This document shows positions 26,053 to 38,677 of a stretch of DNA of 64,000 nt, piece by piece. The notes below the pieces were generated by a model. It ran no database searches. It was not told where the DNA came from and saw only the letters and a list, made by a program, of their open reading frames with translations. The translations under genes were made by a program, and so were the position numbers. The stretch comes from Tricharina praecox (taxonomy: Eukaryota), in NCBI RefSeq assembly GCF_024521635.1, contig NW_026250406.1, forward strand, positions 1,612,001 through 1,676,000. Direction: 5' to 3'. Every line of letters starts with the position of its first letter. Within the stretch, counting starts at the first letter, position 1.

Positions 26053-27589
26053 TGGCAGTTTGGGTGGAGCCCCGGGGAAGGGGGACGTACAGGATGCCCG
26101 CGGCCCTTGGGTGTGGGTTATTAGGGAATGAAGCTGCGAAGGGAGAGCATTGGAGTGTACCAGTAGATAATGGAATAGTACACGGTTGGAGTCGGCGCGC
26201 TGTGCGGAATGATGAGTGATAGGTGATGCGTGTGGCGTGTGGCGTGTGGCTAATTATGGCGTCGGCTGCTTCATGACTCGTCACCCATGCCCTTCCGATG
26301 GAAGCTGTTGATTGTCACGTCTTTGTTTCATTGATCCTTCATGGCTATCACTCGTTTTTTCATTGTTTTGTCACGAGTTTGCTCTCTTGTGTTTGCACGC
26401 TTAAGATCTTTTGTCGTGGCACCTACGAAAGGGCCTCATCCTGTCCACGTAGCTAGACATCACCTTAGACATGTTATCCGGTCGAATATTATCCTGCATA
26501 TCTATCACCAAAACTTCAACAGAAGCTGTTGGAAATATGGAGTAAGATGTGGTGGTGAACAGTGTAGTATTGAAGTGTAAAGGCTGTAGCCTCGTGAGAA
26601 AAGAAGATATAGGAATAGGGGTAAAAGCCCGTGCCTTCTACCATGACTAATCTAGACAGACATTTGCAACACTTCCCCTCTTGCTGCCTACCAGCAAGCA
26701 TTGAACGAGGCAAGGAAGATATGAGAAACCACCTATGGCGGGCATATTCAGGGCCTTACTAGGTCTTAATCAGCAAAGCCGCGCCCCGCTCACATTTTAC
26801 TGCGCTGTACTGTTAGGTAATGACGAGCACTGAGTGGTACCGCTGGCTTTCTGCTGTAAAACAACCGTACTGTCTCGTACTAGACACACAGTAGGGGCGG
26901 TACTGAACAGTACTGCATGCGGCCCAGGGCGGGCACGAAACTAGGAGCAGTTCAAGTCCGTAATCGTCAGTAATGCTTGATACCAAGAGGTACTGTTATC
27001 GCCGCATCTCCGGGCGCGGTACTGATGGGTATTACATGCGGCCAGCGCCGCGTGAGAACCATGCAATCTGGATTCCACAGTTCTTGACGACATCTGTGAT
27101 CATCAACACCATCTCTCTACTTTAACTTCTTGTACAGTAATTACGTGGGGCCTGAGCAGGTAGATCATGGCAATGTGGCAGCTTCTATGTACAGTTCTCC
27201 TACCGCCGGCATTGCATCGAGAGTGGGATCCCGACTCCCGAGTATTATTTCATGTGCAAACTACACAGATGGAGGAGTACCGTACATACGGCCCATAAGC
27301 ATGCCCGCGACGTCGGGCCATCGGTCGCAATTACCTGCGTGTGCCGACGGAGATGTGATCGATCAGGAACTTGGACTCCCGACGGCTTTGAATCAAGTCC
27401 GAGAAGACACCTTAGAGTTCAATAGTCAACTTTACTCTACGTTGTGTAGAATACTGGCTACGAGCTTACTATAACTACTTATGTACATGCGGTGGTGTGC
27501 ATGATGTTTTCCATGGGGTGAATGGTGGTAGCGGGTTGTATTTGTTCTTATTTGCAATTTGCGTGCGGTTGGTTATCGGGCGGTTGGTG

Positions 27590-27880
27590 GTGTGTAAGGA
27601 GCCTGCACTATGGTAGCGCACTCTGCGTCGTAGCCCTCTTGGTTGTCGACCATATGGGTTTTGTATCCATACCGGTTGGTCGCGCCTTTTCCCCACACCA
27701 CTGAATATCCGCAGCCGCCCTCCTCCAACCGTGATCCGTCTGTCGACATGGTGAAACCAGGCCGGGGGGTTTCTGCTTCTTTCTTCGCTGCCTTCCGGTC
27801 TGCAATCACTGTGATGTCATCTAGAGATAAGTCTTCGCACAGAATTGTCCTCTCACTTCTTCCTGCCACTCCCAGCCAGA
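27590..27880 (-). mobile_element. Tad1-like LINE RNase H fragment
   Basis: TDGSRLEEGGCGYSVVW...YKTHMVDNQEGYDAECATIVQA matches the RNase H TDGS...EAYDAE motifs of fungal non-LTR elements. Confidence 0.85.
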
Positions 27881-28063
27881 GGCTGAGGCTTTTCCCCTCT
27901 GCGCGTGGGGACTGAAGGAGCAGGCCTGCCTCGTCACGATAATGGAATAGTTTACGGTTGGAGTCGGCGTCCTGTGCGTAGTGATAGGTAATGAGTGTGG
28001 CGTGTGGCTGGTCGTGGCGTCCGCTGCTGCATGGTTCGTTACCCATGCTCTTCCGATGGAAGC

Positions 28064-28246
28064 TGTCAAGAAAAGTGGTATTTTGAAGTAGTTTACAGTC
28101 TATCATAGCCAGAAGAGACGCATATATAGAGGAGGGCGCGGGGGTGCCTTGGATAGAGGCCGCTCGCCACCTCCCGTGAGAACGGATGACGGAAGTCAGA
28201 GTGATCACGCATGACGCGGTATACTGAAATTCGTGATATCATGACA
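28064..28246. mobile_element. Solo LTR, family A, with 5-bp TSD GAAGC
   Basis: TGTCA...TGACA termini; GAAGC at 28059-28063 and 28247-28251; homologous to 6003..6223. Confidence 0.9.
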
Positions 28247-29399
28247 GAAGCAATGCACTCTAATTTCGGATCCCAGTGAACAAGTGTAGCACATCAGGCC
28301 AATACGCAAGAAACGACCTCCAATTCGATCCGAGTCCGACAAAGCCTAATGGCCACCCAAGATATATCACAGCGCCGAGTAACAACCACCACCGCCGGCG
28401 TCGTGCAGCTTCTTACCATCTCCGTCTCTCGCAATCCCACTCCGATTGGACCTTTTCCAGCGGCCATTCCTCCCAACTCGCACGTATTACCTAAGATCCC
28501 GAACATGCGTGAAGCCACCCTAATTGCCGCCTGTGTAACTTGTCGACATTTGAACTTCGAAGTGTTCGCGGTGTGTACTCTAGTGGAGCAGCAGGCTACC
28601 ACTAATACGGTGCCGTCTCACATCTGCTTTATCGTTCTTTGCCATTTTTCCTAGAAACAGGAGTGGCAAATTGAGTCAAGATCATTGAGACTTATTTTCT
28701 ACTGCAACTTGTTCATGCATATCACTCGACTAGCGCTTCAATTCGGGTGTTATCTTCGCACTCATTTCTAATAGACAGACAGAGGCGAGCACAGATTCCC
28801 ATCATCTAGATGGGTTGCACACAATACATGAAGAAACAAGAAAGAAAGAGGCACTTAAGTCTAACGCCGTCGCGGCCACGAGCCGCGCAAGTTCAAGTTC
28901 ATGAGATTCAGGTCCTGACACGAAGAATTATAATTGAAATTGATTGAAATTGATTGCAATTGACAGAAAATGATTGAAGTTAACAGAAACAATAGAATAG
29001 AAACATTTGGAAAGAAATCAAAGTACAATAACCCCTCCATCACCGTGGTGATGTCGCCTCCTTTCTTGGCAACTTTCAAAGTGGCCATCCATGCAGAAAC
29101 TAGGGTTGGCAAGTCAGCAGTCCATAGTCGTGGTGGGGGCGGAAGACCATGAAGGAGTAGAGAAGGACTGGTAAACACCTACTTGTGATTTCTTTTGCTT
29201 GAGGGAAAATTAGAGAGTCTGAGCCCCGCAGGGCTTGTGCAAACTTTTGGAAGCCCGGAATGCATGAGCATGCGTAATGGCCGCCGTCGAGGTTGAAATT
29301 CGACTCGGACTTTGGTTCAGGAATTTGAATTTCGTTCAAAAACTCGGTTTCCCCACAGTTGGTTGTGGGGAAAGCACCGAAAGAAATGCCAGGACTGAC

Positions 29400-31860
29400 C
29401 CATCTCGCATAATAGTTCGCCGTGGATGTTCGTATTCCTAACCAGTCTCATGCATCTAACGGCGGGTACACGTTCTCCGATTGATCCGGCGCCTAATTTC
29501 TTTCTCAGCCAGCTGCCGACGGCCGTAGCCGCCTGAGGGGAATACCCCTCGAGGCAGATAAATCTGCCGACGACCGTAGCCGTCCGGGACCCACAAACAT
29601 GAGTTGTGCGGTGCGCCATCCGGGAAGATCAACATGAGGGGTCGGGACCCCCCACACTTCAGTCGTATAATTGCGCAAACCGTTGTTCCGCGCGCCTTCC
29701 AATAGCTGAAAGCTAGTACGCCTCATGGCGATATCTTCGAGATGAGAACGCACACTGGGTTAAATCGATGGCGTTGTGACCGTGCGCTGCTCTTCGACCG
29801 TATCCACGTATTCGCTCAGTTCGTCGAACATGAGCTTCCGCCTTCCCCTCGGGAGGCATTTCCCCCCCCCAGGCAAAATGTTTCTGCCGACAGCTGCAGT
29901 CGCCCAAGAGGACAGGCAGAGTAACTCTGCCGGCGGCCGGCCAGTCGCCGACGGCCGTAGCCGTCCTAGGCGACACCGCCGCGGCAGAAACATTCTGCCA
30001 GCGGCAGGGCGACAAGGCCTGCTGAAATCGTTCGAAACGTAGCTGGACGGCAGCATCGAGCTTTCCGAGTCGGGTTTCCACCTCGACGTCCCCTTCAGGC
30101 CACCAGAGTGGGTATTGATGGTATTCGTCGACTTGTGATGGTACGCTGCGTCACGCTTGATCCTCTTCGAAGGAATGTGCTGCGGGAGGTTTCTGGTTCG
30201 CTGAGCGCCTTGACGTTCTCATTCCACAGCTCAGCCGGCAACGTGTTGCCGAGTGAGTTCTCCCAATTGAAAAATGTCAGGCCGAGTTAGTATGGTGCAG
30301 CTTGGTATGGCTCACGGAATCGTGATACCACACCTCTCCTCCATGTAGTTCATCTGGCCCCGATGAAACAAAAAAACAAACATCGGTTGCTCGGACTCCT
30401 CTTCACCCAGCAGCCGACGGCCGTAGCCGTCCTTAGCCGGGGCAGAAGCATTCCGCCAGCAGTAGTGGTCAACTTGACGCTGCGAACTGGTGAGTAGATC
30501 AGATGTCCGAAGACATAAGAAGTAATCAGCCAGCTGCCGTGGCTAGTCCAGATGTCTTCTCCCAGAGGGAGGAAGACACTGGCGGCGGCCGGCCAGCCAC
30601 GGACGGGCGTACCCGTCCGGGGAGATATCCCCCCGAGGCCGTAGCCTGTAAGGGGGACGCATCCCACGGCTGGCCAGTCGCCGACGGCCGCAGCCGTACC
30701 AGCTGACTTCGTGGAGGCAGAAACCACTCACCCGGAATTTCTTGACAACGGTGATGACATCCTGTTGACGAGCTTCTTGGTATCAGCATTGCTCTTCGTA
30801 CACAGTGTTCGGAGCATGAATACTAACATTGCCTTGACACTCTGCGTCGATGACTGCCGAGTGTAGCTCTGTGACGGAACTCTCGCGAGAGCCGCCCGAT
30901 TCCTCGTGAACACTACCAGGAGCCTCTGAGATCTCGCGGATCCCGTCGGGATCCTCACTTCCCCACTTCCTGTGGGTGCGAAAGTTGGAATGCTGGAGCG
31001 GCCGCAGCCACTACTATCAGCCAGTCTGGCCTGACTTGGGCCGCAAGCTGTTTCTAGCTTCGGCCTTTCCTCACACCCTTCCTCGTGCGCTTCTTGCCAC
31101 GCTTGGATCGGTTCCCTATCTGTATCTAAGCATTAGCTTCTGTCTCCTTCTACCACTCAAATCCGCTGTGACAAAACTTGTTACTTACCGCAACAAGCAC
31201 GGCCCACAAACAGTGAATGCGGTGAACTTAGTCTTGCCCGCAACAAGACTAAGTACACACCAAAACACAACCATGGCAAAACATTGCCCCGGTGGGCCCA
31301 TCATCTACACTGCGTATGTTATTAGTTGATGATAATTTTGAAGACCAGTGTAGGAGGCACTTACGCGGACATTCTCCGGCTGTAGAATCTCGGTGGCACC
31401 TCATGCCACCCAGTTACCGGGGCAAGAATATTGCCCCTGTGGGCCCACCATCTGCGCTGTGTATTCTATTAGTTGATGATAATCTTGAAGACCAGTGTAA
31501 GGGGCACGTACCCTGACATTGTCCGGCGACAGAAGCTGGGTGGCACGAGGTGCCACCCAGAAGCCGGGGCCAAAATATTACCCCGGCAAGCCCACCTTCG
31601 GCAGTGTCTTTTCGGTTTCCCTTTTCGTTGGCACAGCCGATGAAGCGGAAACGACCGGCTTAAAGAATGAATTCTGCTCACAGGATAAAGTTAGCGAAGG
31701 GCGATGGCGGTGTGATGCATGCGCTGAGCGCGCCCGCGATTGGTGGATGATATTGAATCTATAATCGATAGGAGTAGGTACCTTGAAGCTGCTCGAGTAG
31801 TTGCGAGGAAGAAAATATTGTGGCAGGTGTTACCTGAATTGTGGTGTTGTTGAATATGTA
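29400..31860 (-). pseudogene. Decayed multi-intron gene built from internal repeats
   Basis: Repeated GGCTACGGCCGTCGGC units (~29515, 29570, 29945, 30412, 30678); two near-identical 55-nt introns (31310..31364 and 31457..31511); CT-rich leader and ATAAAA near 31920; many stops and frameshifts. Confidence 0.45.
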
Positions 31861-32427
31861 AAGAGATGATGTAAAGAAAGAAGGAGGAGAGAGTTCGATG
31901 GAGAGGGGAAGGGGGGTTTTATGGGGAGAACAGAAGCTAGCGTCGAAGGGCGCTAGCGTGGGTAGTTGTTAGCCTGGTAGGGCTCTAGCGTGGGCTGTCG
32001 CTAGCGTAGAATTGGGGCTTCGCACGTGTGTGTAGCAAACAATGTGTGTCGGCGAAAACTATCGTGTCGGCTAAACGACAGAGATGTCAAACTCCCCAGC
32101 TCGCTGCGGGCGGCAAACAGTATCGCTGGACTCAGCGAGGCAGCCACTGGTGTCGAGTAGATCTTCATCAACACGAAATAACCTCATCGTAATCGTAATC
32201 TCAATTCCCGTGCTGTCTACCGTAGCGAATCACGGATCTGCATGTCTCGCGACCGCCCGAACCATGCTGCCCTACCAACTACCCCTGTATCGCAGCTACC
32301 TCACCACTCCGCCGTGACTGGTTCCACACGAAGGCGAGAGATGGTCTAATAAAACCCCCGAAATGATGCACGCGAGAGATGAAGCGAGAGCTTAAAGCTC
32401 CGGTGTCTCCCTCGCTGTTTGTTCTCA

Positions 32428-32849
32428 ATGATGTCGACTTCGTATCCAATGTCACTATTACTCCTTTTGCTGTTCGGTATCTTGACGGTGGCGACGGCGG
32501 AGGTCCGCATCTCTTTTGACACCGATTACATCTCTCCCCTGCTGACTCGATTCTGTGCGAATAGACCCACTCCCGCTCCTCCTCCTCCTCCTCCTCCCCG
32601 CCTCCCTCGGCCGCCCTCGAGCCCAGAACCATCGCCGGTATCGCAGTCAGCATAGTCGGGGTCATCATTCTCCTAGCCATCTTACTCTTCTGGATCGTCC
32701 GCCGCCGGCGTTGTCGAATCCGCGTCGGCGATCCCGAGACACCGTATGCGATCCAAACACCACTCGTGCCCATCACATCCGCTACAGCGGTGAGGGACAG
32801 GGAGGACGGGACGCACAGCTCAAGGAGTTATCCCACGCTTGGTGGGTAG
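32428..32849 (+). CDS. Small type I single-pass membrane protein (Mid2-like layout), ~119 aa
   Basis: Signal peptide exon, intron 32503..32564 (GTCCGC...GCTGAC...TAG), then a Ser-rich stretch and TM IAGIAVSIVGVIILLAILLFWIV followed by RRRR. Confidence 0.75.
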
Positions 32850-34011
32850 TCGCTTTCGGAATGGTGGCATGGATGTAGGAGTGAATGGGAGTGGATGATG
32901 GCTAATCGGGTCCGTGTGGGAATAGACCCGTATAAGCAGCCCGAGTATCTACAGCAACTGGAGAGGGCGGAGGGAGGAGGAAGAGCGGAGAAATGGCAAT
33001 GATCTAGCGATGATCCAGCGAATATGGGGCATGTTTGAGGGATGGTGGGGCGGGAAGCGGCAGGCTTCGCCCGTCGGGTGTTGTGATGGTTTTTGTGTGT
33101 CTCAGCTGGCGATCATCGGGGCGATCAATGAACTGAGTGCACACCCTCCAACAGTAACCTGGCATATCTGCGTGGATCTACGAAGTGGTCTCCCGGGGTG
33201 GACAGATGGTGGGTAGGAACATAGGACGTGGGCGTAGCGACGGAGGAGACTACCTTCATGCAACCTTGATCTCCTGTTCATTTGAGCTTCTCTGTCTTTG
33301 CGTCTTACTCGGCCGATTATCTTTCTCTATTTTCGCCCACCTTTGTTGCGCGATTGGAACAATTATTTCGACGGTGAAGGGAAGTACACAGGCGTCATTC
33401 ATTCATTTTTTATTTTTTTGGCTTGCCATGATCTGGTTAGGTCGCAAGCAATCACTGATTAAACACAAAATTCATTTTTTTGGTTTATTCATCGATTGCA
33501 TTCGACCCTTGTAGATCAAGGCATCATCCACGCATACACCCCCGTTTCCATGCCACTGTCCAACCCGACTCTCTTCGAGCGATGTGTCGCGGCTTTCCCT
33601 GACCTCCGCCAGGCGTGATTCATTTGCGAAAGTGCACGATGTATGGCTCGTGAACGAGTGCTGAGATGTGAGTATCTCGAGAGAACCGTACTCACGGCTT
33701 GCCGTACAAGTAAACACCACCTCTGAATTCCGGTTCACAATCTTTCAACGAAACTTACCTCAATTTCTCTTTCTATCTTCTGCTCCGTCTTTTTTTTGCA
33801 TCTTCTTCTCCGTTTCTTTACCAACTTTTCCGTCTCTTTACCACGCGCACACACCCCAAGCGCACTCGGACTCGGACTCTGTACGACACAGCCGTCAACC
33901 CTGCAAATTACGTCATCGGCCTTCCCCTCCACAGTCGTCATGTCGCAGCCACCCATGATCGCCCTGTTCTCGAACAGCAGCTGCTTTCAACACCGCCGCG
34001 AATCCGACCCG

Positions 34012-34782
34012 ATGGCCACCGATTCTCACCCGCCAACCGTTCCTCCGACTGCGCCACTCGCCAGCACAGCGCTCACTCCCGCCGCCCCCGCCGCTCCTGC
34101 GGCCACCGTTCCTTCCGCCACCGCCCCTGCACCCCCCACAGCAGCACGCACGCCCTACCCCCCACCGCACTACCCAAGCAGCCACTTCGTCCTCGCGGCG
34201 GGCACGCTATGCTTCCACCCGTCTTCGCGGCGCGTGCTGTTAGTGAGCGACACCTCGCCTCGGGGGGGCAAGACATTCTTCCTTCCGCGGGGGCGCAAAG
34301 ACATCGGCGAGACGCTCTCTTCGTGCGCGATCCGCGAGACGCTCGAGGAGGGCGGGTACCACGTGCGGCTGCTGCCGACTTACAACGCGACTTCGCAGCC
34401 GCTCGCTGCGCCGCAGCTGCAGGAGCAGAAGAATACGGAGCCGTTTTGGATCGCGCTGCATAACCTTGCGGGGAGAAGGTTGTATCTCTGTCATTACTAC
34501 TTGTGCGAGGTGCTGGGCGCGCAGCCGGAGAGGGAGGAGGACTATGGCAAGAGGTTCGTGGGCACGCATGAACAGAATTATGATGCGGACCTGATTGGCG
34601 TCGATGAGGCGGTGGGAATGCTGAGTGGGAACGCGATTGTTATGAGGGATGGTCTGCCGAGGTGGGCGAGGGATGGGACTGAGGTCACGTGGGAGAATGT
34701 GGGCGGTTCGACTTACCTCGAGGCGTTCCTGGTGGCGCTTGGGTGGCGCACGGTGGTGGAGGCGGGTTGGGATGATGACTGA
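34012..34782 (+). CDS. Nudix hydrolase
   Basis: Nudix box LPRGRKDIGETLSSCAIRETLEEGGY; preceding FVLAAGTLCF. The start could instead be ATG 33940. Confidence 0.92.
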   Translation: MATDSHPPTVPPTAPLASTALTPAAPAAPAATVPSATAPAPPTAARTPYPPPHYPSSHFVLAAGTLCFHPSSRRVLLVSDTSPRGGKTFFLPRGRKDIGETLSSCAIRETLEEGGYHVRLLPTYNATSQPLAAPQLQEQKNTEPFWIALHNLAGRRLYLCHYYLCEVLGAQPEREEDYGKRFVGTHEQNYDADLIGVDEAVGMLSGNAIVMRDGLPRWARDGTEVTWENVGGSTYLEAFLVALGWRTVVEAGWDDD

Positions 34783-34989
34783 GGAGCTGCGATGGATGTG
34801 GCGCATCGGTTGGTGTTTGCACTGATTGCATGGCTTTTGCTGGACTTGTGTGTACAATGTAGGTACTGCACAGGTTTCTGATCGACTATACGAGATAGTA
34901 TTCCCGTGAAGAGAAGGGCGAAGAGCGTACCATTCGTAAAAGTGATGTGAAGTAGTCCGAATAGTAACGGATGCACTATTTCACCTCCG

Positions 34990-36155
34990 TGTGTAAACAT
35001 CGAAGGCTGTTCTGCCTTTAGGTATTGCGTTCCTTCTGCTGGCTTTCCGTCCTGACTCGCCACCCCGCACAATTTGCCCTGCATCATTTATCACCGAGTA
35101 ACTCGGGCATACTGGAGTGCAAATACGATATGCAGGTAAGCGTAAGTTGCGTACCTCCACGTGGCATCGGCATCTCGCATCTTGAGCCTTGGCTTGTATT
35201 CCGCAAGAATAAGATACTTTCATCGGCGAACGTCTTTAATGCCATAGTTTTGTTCAACGTTTCCACCCAACCACTACTCAAACCCACCGCCACCCCCCAC
35301 GGGCCATCACGTAAAACCATTGTGACGAGCGATGAAACATCCGTCGGCGAGAGAAAACGAATGTGGTTAGTAGTTGGCTACGGGCATCAACGTTGGTTGG
35401 CAGGGCGGGTCGACTACTGAGCGAGGAGAGGGACTTGCGCTGGGTGACTGGGTCGAGTGGAGGTTTCTTTTTCTTCTGCTCTCTGGATCACCATTGATCG
35501 AATAGACGATCAACCCCCTATCTCAGCTCCCCCCTCTGTGTCTACTCCCTTCCTCATCCGGGCGCCTATCGACCCGGCGTTAGCAAAGAGTCGTCGTAAA
35601 ACCACTGCACCACCACTAAAACACCCGTCTACCTACTCGCCAATGCCTCTGCAGACTGGAATGCGGGTCGACAACAGGAGAACACACAAGGAGAGAGAGG
35701 ATGTAGATGTTGATCGTCTATTGTGTAGATTATGAGAGAGAAAGAAGAAGAAGCAGCAGCCGACGGAGAAAGCAGCCTGAGCAGGTGACGCGCTGGCTCC
35801 GCCAACGTTGATGCTCACTAAGAACTAACCTCATCCGTTTCCTCCCGCCGGCAGCTTCTCCGTCGCTCGCGACAATGGGTTTATGCAGTGGTGGGCTTGC
35901 GTGGTGGCGGGATTTCATGGTGGTGAGGTCGAAACGTCGAAACAAAATCATCACATTATAGACGTTTGTCGTAAAGGCTATTCTGCCCTTCGGTGTTGAT
36001 TTCACTCGGCGGGCGTTCCGTCGTGACTCGGTACCCGCAACATTTATCACCCGAGTAACTCGGGCATATTAAAGTGCAAAGTAAATACGCAACTATATCT
36101 GACATTGCCATCTCGCATGGGGAGCCTTGGTTTGTATTCCGCGAAAAACTAAGAC
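34990..36155. repeat. Rearranged two-block duplication (A-B ... B inverted - A)
   Basis: Block A ~34990-35220 recurs directly at ~35960-36155; block B ~35240-35410 recurs inverted at ~35785-35955. Confidence 0.8.
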
Positions 36156-37033
36156 TGTCGTGTGATAATCTATGCGTCAAGCCTCAAAAATGATGAGCGA
36201 AGACTTTACCTCTTGTGTAAGCTCTGACGGACGATTACGATGAAGAAACTTGGTAGCTACGCGCAGGAGACATGATCGTTCAAACACCTGTGGCCGCTCC
36301 GTACTCGTCAGAACAGTCGCTTGCAAACCTTTACGAGCTCTCTACGGCGGTCAGATCATCGCCCGAACGGTGGTTGTGGAGCGGCTTCTGTAGGTGGGCA
36401 GAAACATGGGGTTGGGAGAGATCGCCTTCATGGATCGAGTAGAAGGAAGGTAATGGCGGGGGTGGGATGAAATATAGACAAAACCCATAATTCTGCAGCC
36501 GGGAGGTCGTTCGGAACCATCGTCTTACGGATTTGCGCAATCGTAGTAGTAGAACAGTAATGACTAGGCATCACGGATTGCGCAGTGTATAGTCATCCAG
36601 TAGCCACCACCGATTTACTTTACATGGGGGGAGCTTCTTTGGTTGCCGGCTATCGTGGGTTTCGAACCCCAGCTGTTTGTGCGAAGTGTGTATCCTTATG
36701 CCAGGCTGTAGTGGATGACCCCGATGCCGGTGGGAAGTTTGTTTAATCTTCTTGGCAAACATGATAGAGATATGCTGAAGTTTGTTTGCCTTGAAGGGCC
36801 CAGCAAACACAGGGGTCCGGGGAGCGGCGCTTCAACCGGTGTAGCGCAACTATGAAAACAAACACGAGGGGCTCTCGCATCAAACTTACCTGTGCGTCGC
36901 TGGAAACTGATCAAATACCATAGAAAGCTTTCTTTTCACGTTAGACCCTACCGCGCTACTGCATGTTTTGAAGGATTAGCCCTAGCAGAGCGGCGGCAAA
37001 AAAATCCCCCTCCACCTACAAAACCCCCCGTCC

Positions 37034-37202
<169 letters not shown>

Positions 37203-37340
37203 CACTTCTCATTTTCTCTTTCCATCCTCACCACAACCAGACAATCCCTTCCTTCACTCCAGAGCTCATTACCCCACGACCATCCTAACGACCCGCGAGT
37301 TCTACGAAACACCCTCACACAACCCTTCAACCTCGTCAAG

Positions 37341-37875
37341 ATGCGCTTCAACCTCACGTCTCTCGCGCTCTTCGCGGTTCTCGGCCTCTGCGCCTCAGCC
37401 CTCCCGTCCTCCGAGAAGACGATCACCAAGTCCGACGACGTCCCCGCCGTCTCCTTCGCGGCCAGCAAGTTCACCATCACCGTCGACCCCACCGACGCCA
37501 ACACGTACATGTACATGGGCGTCGGCAGCTCCGGCGGTTTCGTCCATCCCACCCGTGGGCTTGTTCATCTGCGAGACGTCGTAGGCGTCGCCCACCATCA
37601 CCGAGATCAACGGTGTCCTCCCAAAGCCCAAGAATATGGGCATCAACGACCTCCGCGGCTGCGATCAGCAGAAGATTGGTGGCTCGCACTGCTCAAAGAT
37701 GGTTATTTCGTCGGTGCGCTCTATCAACATCGCTGGTATTGACCTGGGCGGCAGGCAGGGCGGTGAGTAGTTGGAGAGACATCAGGCCGCTCCACGGGAA
37801 TCGGGCGGGACAGTGGCTTCACTGGTGTGGAAACAGAGTGTGGATGTGTGGATATTGCTATGCAATGATTTATAA
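37341..37875 (+). pseudogene. Small secreted Cys-rich protein, copy 3, with a frameshift and nonsense codons
   Basis: Signal peptide MRFNLTSLALFAVLGLCASA; frameshift near 37535-37541; then SSIPPVGLFICETS*ASPTITEIN...CDQQKIGGSHCSK, with TAG 37582-37584 at the conserved Trp and a second TAG at 37768-37770. Confidence 0.8.
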
Positions 37876-38318
37876 CCATGTTGCCCTCCCTTCTTCTCTC
37901 TGGCCTACTGGGACTACGCCTATGTATTCCGTAAGCTTGGTTTTCATCTGGCATCATGAGTAGTTGCAATTTCCTTGTGCGGAGGTGTCTTACCGCACAA
38001 CATGTCTTGCATAACGATTGCTGTTATGTGTTATGAACGATGGACAGATGGCTTTTCTAGTTACATCTAATCTACGATGAATAGAAGTCGATGGTGGACG
38101 AATGAAGCGTTGATGTGCACCCCCAATCCACGGCGAGCAGTCAGTGCGGGGCATGGCTGATAAGTTGCGGCACGATGTGGGGAGTCACGAGGGTAGTAGT
38201 GACGACATGGGTCATTGCATTTTCGACCGGTTTCCGTTCATTTCATGAAACCATTAAACATTAAATGATGGTATGTACCAACCCGAGTAGAAGCAATGAA
38301 ACGCACAGTTAAGCCTGA

Positions 38319-38677
38319 CTATTCCTCCATGTTCACCCTCAAGCCCCGCATTCCGGAGCCCTCGTTGCGCTCTGCGATGAACCCCACCATCTCCTCTCCA
38401 TCTTCATCTGAGTCGTCGCCGAACTCGGGAATATTCCTAAACACTGGCATATTCGCCACCTCTTGCTGGATCTCCCATTCGCTGCGGAGAACATAGTACA
38501 TAAAGAAGCACACACCGAAGCCGACAATAAGGGTGAGGGTGAAAACGTGGAGAGTATTGAAGAAAATGACTGCAACACGATGGTCAGTGGATTGCTGTTA
38601 CATAGATCCTAGGGTGACGGCGACAACTCACAGATTTCCGTCTCGGTGTCTGTTATGTCCTTGGGGTTGGCGAACAT
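38319..38677 (-). CDS. Small single-TM protein with acidic tail, 98 aa
   Basis: Exon 1 38677..38632 (ACAACCATG), intron 38631..38570 (GTGAGT...ACTGAC...CAG), exon 2 38569..38319: MFANPKDITDTETEIFIFFNTLHVFTLTLIVGFGVCFFMYYVLRSEWEIQQ.... Confidence 0.7.
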
